The translations under genes were made by a program, and so were the position numbers. DNA of 49,562 nt from Deinococcota bacterium (lineage in GTDB: Bacteria > Deinococcota > Deinococci > Deinococcales > Thermaceae): assembly GCA_041695225.1 (NCBI GenBank), contig JBGFRI010000022.1, positions 1-49,562 on the forward strand. Direction: 5' to 3'. Below, piece after piece: positions 28,256 through 37,244 of the stretch (position 1 is the first letter of the stretch; the number at the start of each line of letters is the position of its first letter). The notes beneath the pieces are model-generated. The model saw only the letters and a list, made by a program, of their open reading frames with translations, did no database searches and had not been told where the DNA came from.

Positions 28256-28669
28256 ATGATCAGATACAACCCTTTCCGTGAAATCGAACAGATCCAGAAC
28301 ACGCTTTTGCGCAATTTCTTCGCCCCCACCACCGAAAGCGCAAACGCCCCAATGGTGGATGCTCTGGAGGATGCCACAGGTGTACATCTGGCGGTCTACC
28401 TGCCTGGTGTCGAGCCCAGCAATGTGGAGGTGACTGCCGAGAACAACACCCTCACCATCAAGGCCGACCGGCCCTTTAGCAAGCCCGAAAATGCTAACCA
28501 GTGGCGGCTGGAAGGGGTTTACGGCAAGTTCGAACGCAGCTTTGTGATTCCCAATACCTACGACCTGAGTAAAATTGAGGCCCAGTTCAGGCACGGCATT
28601 CTTTACCTCGACATCCCAAAAGCCGAGGCCGCCCAGCCCCGCCGCATCGAAGTTCGGGTCAACTCCTAA
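28256..28669 (+). CDS. Hsp20/alpha-crystallin small heat shock protein
   Basis: RYNPF, LPGV, YGKFERSF, A.FRHGIL.L..PK; AAGGAGG RBS. Confidence 0.95.
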   Translation: MIRYNPFREIEQIQNTLLRNFFAPTTESANAPMVDALEDATGVHLAVYLPGVEPSNVEVTAENNTLTIKADRPFSKPENANQWRLEGVYGKFERSFVIPNTYDLSKIEAQFRHGILYLDIPKAEAAQPRRIEVRVNS

Positions 28670-28768
28670 TCGGCTTTTGACCTGTAGACAGCAGATATTT
28701 CCTCTGGCTTCTGAGCTGCTCTAGCTTTCCCCCGCACCTGACTGTAATTTACTGCCCGTAGGCTGCTG

Positions 28769-28801
28769 GAACTCCCCGCAAAAACGGGGAGTTCTTGTTT
28801 T
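28769..28801 (+). terminator. Intrinsic terminator of hsp20
   Basis: GAACTCCCCG/CGGGGAGTTC 10-bp stem followed by TTGTTTT. Confidence 0.8.
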
Positions 28802-28820
28802 GGTGGGCCATACACAGGAA

Positions 28821-29096
28821 TGAATTTGCCATGAGCCGCCCGCACCCATAGCGACGAAACGGAAGGGAGTTTCTGGGTAAGGCCTTTTCCAGGATGTACA
28901 AGAAAAATTGCCACTAAGTCCTCCCCCCTTGTGGGGGAGGGAAGGGTGGGGGGGCGAGGTCGCAACCACGTGTATTTGCGCTACCATTAACACTTCTGGC
29001 CTTCGGCTCGCAATCCATCAATGGCTTCTTAGGTAAAGTGAGTTTTTCTTAGCTACGCGCAGCGGTGGTGACGAAACCGACGGAGTTTCTTGGTAG
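28821..29096. repeat. Direct-repeat-flanked palindromic cassette, copy 2 (L 28821-28880, REP core ~28920-28954, R 29038-29096)
   Basis: Shares CGCACCCATAGCGACGAAA and GGAGTTTCTTGGTAG with 8491-8747; core is a CTCCCCC...GGGGGAG hairpin with a G-rich tail. Confidence 0.8.
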
Positions 29097-29132
29097 GGGT
29101 GCCTAGCCCTGCCGGTAAGGTAGGCTGTTGAC

Positions 29133-29777
29133 ATGTTTCCGCTGTACGACATCAACCGTTCGCACCGTCGCCCCTATATGGTCTATTTGTTAGCGGTGCT
29201 GAACCTGCTAGGGTTTATCTATTCTTTTTTTCTTACCGACCCTGCCGTGGTTATTGGTGTGTATGGCTTTATTCCAGCCCATTTTGCTGCGGACCCGATT
29301 GGTGAGTCGATCACCATTTTCAGCAGTATGTTTCTGCATGGCAGCATCCTGCACCTGCTGGGCAACATATGGTTTTTGTGGGTCTTTGGCGACAACATCG
29401 AAGACCGCCTGGGCCACAGCCGTTTTTTGTTGTTTTATTTTCTGGGCGGCGTTGTAGCAGCTTTTGCCCAGGGTTTGGTGGGCGGCTTTGCCAGCGAGAT
29501 CCCCATGATTGGGGCCTCAGGCGCGGTTTCGGCCGTACTGGGGGCCTATATCATGCTGTATCCCCGCGCCCTGATCCTCTCCCTGATTGGCTGGATTCCC
29601 TTACCTGTACCGGCGTTTGTGTATCTGGGCTACTGGCTGCTGATTCAGTTTGCTGGCAGTTTGATGGGCGTGCCGGGGATTGCCTTCTGGGCTCACATTG
29701 GGGGGTTTTTGTTCGGGCTGGCCTTAATCCGACGCTTTGAGAGCGCTCCGCCAGGTGTGCAGCCTCAGCGGAGATAA
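29133..29777 (+). CDS. Rhomboid family intramembrane serine protease
   Basis: MFLHG..LHL.GN, FGDNIEDR, GASG (Ser), AHIGG (His). Confidence 0.93.
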   Translation: MFPLYDINRSHRRPYMVYLLAVLNLLGFIYSFFLTDPAVVIGVYGFIPAHFAADPIGESITIFSSMFLHGSILHLLGNIWFLWVFGDNIEDRLGHSRFLLFYFLGGVVAAFAQGLVGGFASEIPMIGASGAVSAVLGAYIMLYPRALILSLIGWIPLPVPAFVYLGYWLLIQFAGSLMGVPGIAFWAHIGGFLFGLALIRRFESAPPGVQPQRR

Positions 29778-29907
29778 CCCGCTTTAGTGCCGCTATTTGA
29801 CCTCTGGATGCCTCGAGCCGCTCGAGGCTCTACTCACCAATACAAGTCGCCGAAAAGTACTCCAGGCGCCATATGACCCAGCTTAGCTGGCCGCGCCGGC
29901 GGTTATC

Positions 29908-30020
29908 TGCTATACTCTCAGCTTGCGTGACCCGGAAGGGTCGCTAGACTTTGTTGTGCCTTGGTCAACTGACTCTAATTGCTGGTCAGAAGGTTCAACC
30001 AAGTCAGAAAGGAGGTGACT
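29908..30020 (+). promoter_or_regulatory. Extended -10 promoter and structured 5' leader of rpsF (candidate S6:S18 autoregulatory leader)
   Basis: TGcTATACT at 29908-29916; GTGACCC-GGAA-GGGTCGC hairpin; further pairing up to the AAGGAGG RBS. Confidence 0.5.
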
Positions 30021-30332
30021 ATGCCGCAGTATGAAGTAAATGTGATTCTGAACCCCAACCTCGATGGGGCCCAGGCCGCCCTGGAGAAAGACATAATAAA
30101 AGCAGCTCTCGAACGTCATGGCGCTGGCATCAAAAACATTGATGACTGGGGTAACCGACGCCTGGCCTATCCCATCCAGAAAGACCCCGAGGGCAACGTG
30201 CTTTTCTATACCGTAGAGATGGCGGGGAACAGCAATGCTGCGCTAAAACGCGAACTGCGCCTGCGCGACCATGTACGCCGTGTGACCATCATCCGCGACC
30301 GTCCCGAGTGGCGAAACAGCAAGAAGAAGTGA
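30021..30332 (+). CDS. rpsF: 30S ribosomal protein S6
   Basis: YEVNVILNP, WGNRRLAYPI; operon context. Confidence 0.97.
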   Translation: MPQYEVNVILNPNLDGAQAALEKDIIKAALERHGAGIKNIDDWGNRRLAYPIQKDPEGNVLFYTVEMAGNSNAALKRELRLRDHVRRVTIIRDRPEWRNSKKK

Positions 30333-30539
30333 GCCGATTGCCGCTCAAATCCGAGTTCTGAGGCCAAAGACCATAACGGAACTCAAAGGCAGCAGTAAGC
30401 CCGTGGCCCAAGGCTCTTGGCCAAAGGCGAACCGCAAAATGCCAGATAGACATGGGTAAAGAAATAGCCAGTAACTACAAAATCCTGTCTATGGAGTATA
30501 GACTGAAGACAAGACCGAAACGAAAAGGACTGATCTAAT

Positions 30540-31376
30540 ATGGCTCGAGGCCTCAACCGCGTTACCATAGTGGGCACCCTGACCCAAGACCCCGAACTGC
30601 GCTATACCGCCGGTGGACTGGCCGTGATGGAACTTAACCTGGCTGGCAACGATGTCGTGACCGACGAGCAGGGCCAGACCCGCGAACCGGCCTGGTATCA
30701 CCGCATCAAGCTGTTGGGCAAGAGCGCAGAGTTCTGGGGCGACACCCTGAAGGCTGGCATGGCGCTGTTTGTGGAGGGTAAGCTCGAGTACCGCTCCTGG
30801 GAACAAGAGGGACAGAAGAAGAGCAGCCTGGAAATCCGCGCCGACCGGATGGAGATTGTGAGTCTGGATGGCAAGCGGGGCCAGGTGACCGTGACCGATG
30901 CCCGTGGGCAGGAGCGGCTTAAGGATGGCCTCAACCACGTGATGCTGGTTGGCAACCTGACCCGCGACCCCGAGCTGCGCTACACCCCCCAGGGAACCGC
31001 CGTGACCCGCCTCTCGCTGGCCGTGAATGAAAAGTTCACCACCCGCCAGGGAGGCGAGCAGGAGAAGGTGCACTACGTGGAAGCTCAGGCCTGGCGCGAG
31101 CTGGCCGAGTTTGCGGCAGAACTCAAAAAAGGAGACGGAGCGTTCCTAATCGGACGCCTGGTGAACGACTCCTGGACCGCTCAAGATGGCACCCGGCGCT
31201 ATACTACCCGTGTAGAGCTGAACCGCCTCGAGCGACTTGCCCGTGGAACTGGACAAAGCACAGGTGGAAACAGTTCCCAAAGTGTTGCAACAGCAGCCAA
31301 AGGCCGTGCGGGCAAGGTAGATATTGACGAAGGCTTAGTAGACGATTTCCCACCTGAGGAGGATTTACCGTTTTGA
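30540..31376 (+). CDS. ssb: Single-stranded DNA-binding protein with two OB folds (Deinococcota type)
   Basis: Two GLN.V..VG.LT.DPELRYT repeats; acidic DLPF tail. Confidence 0.97.
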   Translation: MARGLNRVTIVGTLTQDPELRYTAGGLAVMELNLAGNDVVTDEQGQTREPAWYHRIKLLGKSAEFWGDTLKAGMALFVEGKLEYRSWEQEGQKKSSLEIRADRMEIVSLDGKRGQVTVTDARGQERLKDGLNHVMLVGNLTRDPELRYTPQGTAVTRLSLAVNEKFTTRQGGEQEKVHYVEAQAWRELAEFAAELKKGDGAFLIGRLVNDSWTAQDGTRRYTTRVELNRLERLARGTGQSTGGNSSQSVATAAKGRAGKVDIDEGLVDDFPPEEDLPF

Positions 31377-31693
31377 GCACCAAGAAGATGTCCAACCGTG
31401 GAGGCCCTAAGGGCAGCCGCCAAGACCGTGAGCGCGGCGAGCGCGGCGAGCGCGGCGAGCGCGGAATGCGCCGTGGCCGCAAGCCCAAAGTTGCTGCCTC
31501 CGTTGGGGCTTTTGACCTCAACGACTTTAAGAGCGTGGATACTCTCAAGCGTTTCCTGTCCGAGACGGGCAAAATTCTGCCTCGTCGCCGCACTGGACTG
31601 GGCGCCCAGGATCAGCGCAAACTGGCCCGCACCATCAAGCGTGCCCGCATGATGGGCTTGTTGCCCTTCACCGATAAGCTGGTTCGTAAATAG
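31373..31693 (+). CDS. rpsR: 30S ribosomal protein S18 (Cys-less, N-terminal ERG repeats)
   Basis: [18 protein letters not shown] and IKRAR..GLLPF; TTG start overlaps the ssb stop. Confidence 0.97.
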   Translation: MSTKKMSNRGGPKGSRQDRERGERGERGERGMRRGRKPKVAASVGAFDLNDFKSVDTLKRFLSETGKILPRRRTGLGAQDQRKLARTIKRARMMGLLPFTDKLVRK

Positions 31694-31762
31694 GGGATCG
31701 GTACGCCTGCAAGGGTGGGCGAAGCTCGCCCGGAAAGGCTTACCAACGGGAGAATACCGGTA

Positions 31763-32212
31763 ATGAAAGTGATTCTGCTTGAACCTATGGAAAACCTGGG
31801 TGAGGTGGGGGCCGTGGTTAATGTAAAACCGGGCTATGCCCGCAACTATCTGCTGCCCCGTGGCATCGCAACTCTGGCCACCGCGAGCAACCTCAAAACC
31901 CTGGAAGCCAAAATTCGGGCCCAGGCCAAGAAAGCCGCCACCCGCAAAGCCGAAGCTGAACGCCTGAAAGAGCTTTTGGAACCCATCACCCTGACCCTAA
32001 AGGTCAGGGCCGGCGACCAGAAGATCTACGGCTCGGTCACCAGCCGCGAGATTGCCGCTGCGCTGGAAGCCCAACACCAGATCGCCATTGACCCCAAACG
32101 TCTGGGGCTGGAAAAACCGATAAAAGACCTGGGCGAGTATGCCCTGCCCTACAAGCCCCACCCCGAGGTTTCCATGACCCTAAAGGTCTCGGTGGTGGCC
32201 GACAAGGTTTAA
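31763..32212 (+). CDS. rplI: 50S ribosomal protein L9
   Basis: MKVILLE, VKPGYARNYLLP, YGSVT. Confidence 0.97.
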   Translation: MKVILLEPMENLGEVGAVVNVKPGYARNYLLPRGIATLATASNLKTLEAKIRAQAKKAATRKAEAERLKELLEPITLTLKVRAGDQKIYGSVTSREIAAALEAQHQIAIDPKRLGLEKPIKDLGEYALPYKPHPEVSMTLKVSVVADKV

Positions 32213-32234
32213 GGTTATAGCTATAACTATACCG

Positions 32235-32260
32235 ATGCCGCCAGGTTTGGCGGCATTTTG
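32235..32260 (+). terminator. Terminator after rplI
   Basis: ATGCCGCCA-GGTT-TGGCGGCAT followed by TTT. Confidence 0.8.
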
Positions 32261-32350
32261 CTTTTGGCCAGGTTGCACCCGCTCTGGAACAGTGTGGCAG
32301 CCTTTGGCGCAGCGCAAATTCTTTGTTTGCAGAACCCTGGGTCAAGACAA

Positions 32351-33634
32351 TCAATCGGCGGCCAGGGCCAGTTCTGGTATCTGTACGCCAACATTAGCGC
32401 CCAGGCTACGCAGGCGAGCTTCGACGTTCTCATAGCCTCGCTCAATAATTTTCATTCCGGCGATATGGCTTTCGCCCTCTGCGGCCAGTGCAGCAATTAT
32501 TAGCCCCCCACCTGCGCGGATGTCACGTGCTTCTACTGCAGCCCCGGTCAGATGGCGCCCCTGAATTACCAGGGTACGGTCTTTCAGGGTCACTTCTGCT
32601 CCCATGCGGGCCAGCTCGCTGGCATGGGTGAAGCGGTCGGGGTAGATGCGATCCAGGACCAGCGAGGTGCCGCTTACGGTGCTCAGATAAGCCGTGGCCG
32701 GGGGCTGCAAGTCGGTAACAAAGCCAGGATACTCGCGGGCCTCGAGATTAAACGGCTGAGGGTTAAGGGTGGACTCGAGGCGTACCCAGTCTTTGCCGGA
32801 GGTGATGCGGTGACCAGACTGAATCAGTTTGTCCAGTACAGCATCCATGTGGAATGGCTCGACATTAGTCAGGGCTATCGAGCCCCGGGTAGCGGCCGCA
32901 GCAAACAGATAAGTTCCCGCCTCAATCCGGTCGGGGATAACGCTGTAACGTCCGCCGTTTAGCTGGGGTTTGCCCTTGATCTGCAGGATGCTACTGCCAA
33001 TACCTTTGATCTCGACGCCCATCATACACAAGAAATTGCACAGGTCCACAATCTCGGGTTCTTGAGGGGTATTGACCAGCACAGACTCATTTCCTAGCGC
33101 CGCAGCCATCAGGGCCTGTTCGGTGCCTCCCAGGGTGGGGAGGTCGTAGACTACCCGGCCTGCGGCTGGTTTGAGGCGGCGGGCGGTATAGGCCAGGCCG
33201 AGTTCGGTAATCTCGATGGAGACCTCAAAGCCCAGACCCCGCAGGGCCTTGATGTGCTGGTCTACAGGGCGCTCGGCAAAGTTGCAGCCACCTGGCAGGG
33301 GCACGGTACCCTCGCCGGCCCGCGCTGCTAGTGCGCCTAGCACGTTGAAGCTGGCCCGCATCTTGCTTACCAGCTCGAAGGGGGCCACAGTGGAGCGTAT
33401 TTCGGGAGTATGAAGGTGCAGGGTGCGGCCCTCCCAGGCGTGGCGGGTGCCGATATGACCCAGAAGTTCCAGCAAGACGTCAATATCGCGCAGACGAGGC
33501 ACTTCGTTCAGGGTTACGGGCTGGTCGGTTAGAATGCTAGCAGCCATCAGCTTGAGGGCAGAATTTTTGGCTGGCAAAACCCGCAGTTCGCCATGCAGCG
33601 GAACTCCACCACGAATAGTTAGCGTCCGGTTCAT
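32351..33634 (-). CDS. murA: UDP-N-acetylglucosamine 1-carboxyvinyltransferase
   Basis: AKNSAL, KMRAS, LPGGC (catalytic Cys), PDRIEAGT, PGFVTDLQ, DIRAG, ERGYE. Confidence 0.95.
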   Translation of the reverse strand: MNRTLTIRGGVPLHGELRVLPAKNSALKLMAASILTDQPVTLNEVPRLRDIDVLLELLGHIGTRHAWEGRTLHLHTPEIRSTVAPFELVSKMRASFNVLGALAARAGEGTVPLPGGCNFAERPVDQHIKALRGLGFEVSIEITELGLAYTARRLKPAAGRVVYDLPTLGGTEQALMAAALGNESVLVNTPQEPEIVDLCNFLCMMGVEIKGIGSSILQIKGKPQLNGGRYSVIPDRIEAGTYLFAAAATRGSIALTNVEPFHMDAVLDKLIQSGHRITSGKDWVRLESTLNPQPFNLEAREYPGFVTDLQPPATAYLSTVSGTSLVLDRIYPDRFTHASELARMGAEVTLKDRTLVIQGRHLTGAAVEARDIRAGGGLIIAALAAEGESHIAGMKIIERGYENVEARLRSLGANVGVQIPELALAAD

Positions 33635-33700
33635 ATTAATCGGCCATCTCCCCAAAACTGCCGCGTATCTTTGCACATAATACACAAGATACTTACCATG

Positions 33701-33729
33701 AGTGTAATAGGTGTGAGCTGTATTGTCAA
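33701..33729 (-). promoter_or_regulatory. sigmaA promoter of murA
   Basis: Minus strand TTGACA-17-TACACT. Confidence 0.8.
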
Positions 33730-33819
33730 GCACAGTTGTAAGGTGCTAAAGTTTAGTTTGAAACGCTTGCGAGTACTGGTCTGCTGCCAGACTCGCACAG
33801 CCTGGTGAGTATAGCCTTT

Positions 33820-34041
33820 ATGCCCAAGAAGGAAAAAAAGCGTCTTCAAGTGGTTATCAGCGACGACCAGGATGCGCTGTTGACCCGGCTAGCCTATGAG
33901 CTATCCAGCCCCGAACAGCTGGTCTCCAAGTCGGAGGTAGTACGGCTGGCGATAGAAAAACTGGCCAACGGGCTGGATGATGGCCAACAGAAAACCCAGC
34001 TCCAGGAGCTTTTGAAGCGACTCGAGGTAGGCGAAGAGTGA
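33820..34041 (+). CDS. Small ribbon-helix-helix-like putative transcriptional regulator
   Basis: KRLQVVIS beta-strand, then a helix, then SKSEVVRLAIE second helix. Confidence 0.7.
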   Translation: MPKKEKKRLQVVISDDQDALLTRLAYELSSPEQLVSKSEVVRLAIEKLANGLDDGQQKTQLQELLKRLEVGEE

Positions 34042-34282
34042 AACTGAAGTACCTACAGATTAGTCAACCTTAGCTCTTTACCGCCCCTTCCCAGGCAACA
34101 TCCACCAGCAGAAACGCTATTCAGCTCACCTCCCACCCCCGTCACCAGGCGCTGTGTCGGCTATCTTCTCGCGCCCGGTGAGGAGGAACCAGAATTATCT
34201 CTTCACCATTGCCAAGTCCCACTCCAGAAAGAACTATCCCGGCTCTGATGCTATATCCGGACATGTACTTAGAAATGCTGCC

Positions 34283-35737
34283 CTAGGCCAGGGTTTGCCA
34301 GACCGCCAGGGAAAACGGCGGCAATATGCCATCTTCAAGATTGCCTCCCACACACCGGCCTTCGTTACCCGAGACCAGGTCTATGGCTAGCTCTCCCCTG
34401 GGCCAGACGCCATGCAGAGGGATGTTAATGCGCCAGGATTCGGGAGAGGCATTGATGGTAACAACAACACTTGTATCCTGGTGGGTCCGGGCAAAGGCCA
34501 GGTGGCCGTCCTGTCCGTAAAGGTACTGGTATCGCCCATGCTGTAATAATGGCAGCGACTGGCGCAGGGCCGACATCTGCCGGATTGTCTCAAGCAAAGG
34601 CATATGCCAGCTCGACTCATCCCACAACATGCCCCGGCGGTTGTCGGGGTCGTGGCCACCGGCTAACCCAATTTCGTCGCCGTAGTAAACCGTGGGCACG
34701 CCCGGCAGGGTGAACAGCATGGCAAATGCCAGTTGAACCCGATCAAGCTGGCCCCGCAGGATACTAAAAATACGAGGGGTGTCATGCGAGGTCATGATGT
34801 TCATCTGCGCCGTTACGGTCTGCCAGCTATAGCGGCGAAACAGCTCCTCCAGTCGGTTATTACAGGCAATAGCTCCCAAACTTTCCAGTCGTCCCAGACC
34901 ACTCTTGGCCGCCAGATCTTTTTCCAGCATCTCTGAACCCACAAACCCCAGAATGGCCCGTCCGAGGGGGTAGTTCATCACCGCATCGAACTGGTCACCC
35001 TGTAGCCAGCGGCTGGCATCGTCCCAGATCTCGCCCACAATATAGGCCTCGGGGTTTTTGGCTTTGACCCGGCGACGAAACTCACGCCAGAACTCGTCAT
35101 CGTCAATCTCGTTGGGAACGTCCAGCCGCCAGCCGTCAATACCATATTCAAACCAGTATTCCGCTACCGATAGCAGGTACTCACGGCACTCCGGGTTAGC
35201 GGTGTTGAATTTTGGAAGCTCGGGATTGTTCCACCAGGCCGCATAGTTTGGGTGTTTGGAATAGGCATACAGAGGAAACTTGTAGATATGGAACCAGTCG
35301 AGATAGGGTGAAGCAGCCTCGTTCTCCATGACGTGTTGAAAGGCAAAATGGGCTCGCCCGCAGTGATTGAATACCCCATCCAGTATTATCCGGATACCAC
35401 GCCCATGAGCTTCATCTACCAGCCTGGCTAGCGCGGCGTTGCCGCCCAGCATGGGGTCTACCTGAAAGTAGTCGCAGGTGTGGTAGCGGTGATTGGCTGT
35501 TGAGCTAAAAATCGGACAAAAGTAGAGCGCATTGAAACCCAGCTCCTTGATATAGTCTAATTTTTCAATCACACCCCAAAGGTTTCCGCCCTTGAAACCG
35601 CGCAGGGTAGGCGGCGCAGCCCAGGCTTCAAACCCACTGCGCACCGGGGCGGGGTTACCTACTGGGCCTTGCCCTGCATAAAACCGATCTGGAAATATCT
35701 GATAGAAAACCGCACTCTTGACCCATTCAGGTGTCAT
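34283..35737 (-). CDS. GH13 neopullulanase/cyclomaltodextrinase-like glycosidase
   Basis: YQIFPDRF, DGVFNH, GWRLDV (Asp), GEIW (Glu), SHD (Asp), YYGDEIG. Confidence 0.93.
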   Translation of the reverse strand: MTPEWVKSAVFYQIFPDRFYAGQGPVGNPAPVRSGFEAWAAPPTLRGFKGGNLWGVIEKLDYIKELGFNALYFCPIFSSTANHRYHTCDYFQVDPMLGGNAALARLVDEAHGRGIRIILDGVFNHCGRAHFAFQHVMENEAASPYLDWFHIYKFPLYAYSKHPNYAAWWNNPELPKFNTANPECREYLLSVAEYWFEYGIDGWRLDVPNEIDDDEFWREFRRRVKAKNPEAYIVGEIWDDASRWLQGDQFDAVMNYPLGRAILGFVGSEMLEKDLAAKSGLGRLESLGAIACNNRLEELFRRYSWQTVTAQMNIMTSHDTPRIFSILRGQLDRVQLAFAMLFTLPGVPTVYYGDEIGLAGGHDPDNRRGMLWDESSWHMPLLETIRQMSALRQSLPLLQHGRYQYLYGQDGHLAFARTHQDTSVVVTINASPESWRINIPLHGVWPRGELAIDLVSGNEGRCVGGNLEDGILPPFSLAVWQTLA

Positions 35738-35884
35738 TTACACTCCTAAGATAACGCTTGCACGCAGCCAGGGGTTAGTCTAAACCTAAATTCCAGAATC
35801 TCAAGTGCAAGTGCACAGGAATTCGCTAGGTGAACCCGGCTGAGCTGGTTTGCAACAAGACCATTTTGGTATACCATTGGGTTC

Positions 35885-36964
35885 ATGGATTCGCGCATTG
35901 TGAGCCTTCGCAAGGAAGTAGACCAGATCAACCGAGAACTGCTCCGACTGCTTTCCCAGAGGGGAAAAATAGTGAGCGAGATTGGGCGTGTGCAGACTGA
36001 GCTTGGCCTTTCGCACTACGACCCCAAGCGCGAAGAGGAGATGCTGGCTTATCTGAGCGAAGAAAACCCCGGCCCGTTCCCCAACGAAACTATCAAGCGG
36101 CTGTTCAAGGAAATTTTCAAGGCCTCACTTCACCTGGAAGAACAGCAGGACACGCAGAAATTCCTCTACTCACGCGGAGTCAAACCTGAAGACACTGCGG
36201 TGAGAGTGGGCGACGCAGTCTTTGGGCAGGGCAAGGTGCTGGTAGCGGGGCCTTGCTCTATAGAGTCGGAAGAACAGATCTTCTCAACGGCTCGCTATCT
36301 GTCCGGGCACGGCATCAAGGTGTTGCGGGGAGGGGCCTACAAGCCACGCACCTCACCGTATGGCTTTCAGGGGATGGGTGAGCCCGCCCTAAAGCTTGGT
36401 CGGCAGGCCGCCGATGCCCACAGAATGGTGTTTGTTACCGAGGTAATGGATACCCGCGATGTGGAAGTAGTGGCCCAGTACGCCGATATCCTGCAGGTGG
36501 GAACCCGTAATGCGCAGAATTTTGCCTTGCTGCGGGAAGTGGGTAAGGCCAACAAGCCGGTATTGCTCAAGCGCGGTTTTGCCCAGACCATTGAGGAGTG
36601 GTTCTACAGCGCCGAGTACATTCTCTCACAGGGTAACGCCGAGGTAATTTTGTGTGAGCGTGGCATCCGCACCTACGAGAAGTGGACCCGCAATACCTTA
36701 GACCTTTCGGCGGCCGTTCTGGCCAAGCAACTTACGCACCTGCCGGTGATTGTGGATGTGACTCATGCTGCCGGGCGGCGGGACCTACTGGCGCCACTGG
36801 CCAGGGCGGCGCTGGCTGCTGGCCTGGACGGTGTGCACATCGAGGTTCACCCCAACCCTAAAGTGGCCTTGTCCGATAGTGAGCAACAGTTAGATTTTGC
36901 CCAGTTCGACCAGTTCATGCGATCTATCCAAGACCTGATGCCACGGGAAGCCTCGAGGGTCTAA
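35885..36964 (+). CDS. Bifunctional chorismate mutase / DAHP synthase (type I-beta)
   Basis: N-terminal LRKEVDQIN...DPKRE CM domain; AGPCSIES, GAYKPRTSPY, ILCERGIRT. Confidence 0.93.
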   Translation: MDSRIVSLRKEVDQINRELLRLLSQRGKIVSEIGRVQTELGLSHYDPKREEEMLAYLSEENPGPFPNETIKRLFKEIFKASLHLEEQQDTQKFLYSRGVKPEDTAVRVGDAVFGQGKVLVAGPCSIESEEQIFSTARYLSGHGIKVLRGGAYKPRTSPYGFQGMGEPALKLGRQAADAHRMVFVTEVMDTRDVEVVAQYADILQVGTRNAQNFALLREVGKANKPVLLKRGFAQTIEEWFYSAEYILSQGNAEVILCERGIRTYEKWTRNTLDLSAAVLAKQLTHLPVIVDVTHAAGRRDLLAPLARAALAAGLDGVHIEVHPNPKVALSDSEQQLDFAQFDQFMRSIQDLMPREASRV

Positions 36965-36991
36965 TTGCAGTAGTCAAAACCCACCCTGGCC

Positions 36992-37213
36992 GCAGGTCAC
37001 AAGTCGCATGTCGTATGACGCCAGACCTGAGAGATTCCATTAGCCCATAGCCAATTGCCTATAGCCGATAGCTTTTGACCCTCGAGCCTCGCCCCTCGCC
37101 CTTGACCTTTGACCTGAGGCTTGTGACATTCCACTAGCCCATAGCCAATAGCTGATAGCCGATAGCTTTTGACCCTCGACCCTCGCCGTGAGGCTTGTGA
37201 CATTCCACTAGCC
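36992..37213. repeat. Composite heptamer-repeat region with a tandemly duplicated unit
   Basis: ATAGCC and GACCCTC heptamer tracts; TGAGGCTTGTGACATTCCACTAGCC occurs at 37115-37139 and 37189-37213. Confidence 0.85.
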
Positions 37214-37244
37214 TGCTGCCTTACTACCCTGTACCCTGGTAGCT

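Noticed and set aside
37115..37213. Mini CRISPR array from the 25-bp direct repeat
   Set aside because: Only two full copies, the intervening sequences are heptamer repeats rather than unique spacers, and there are no cas genes.
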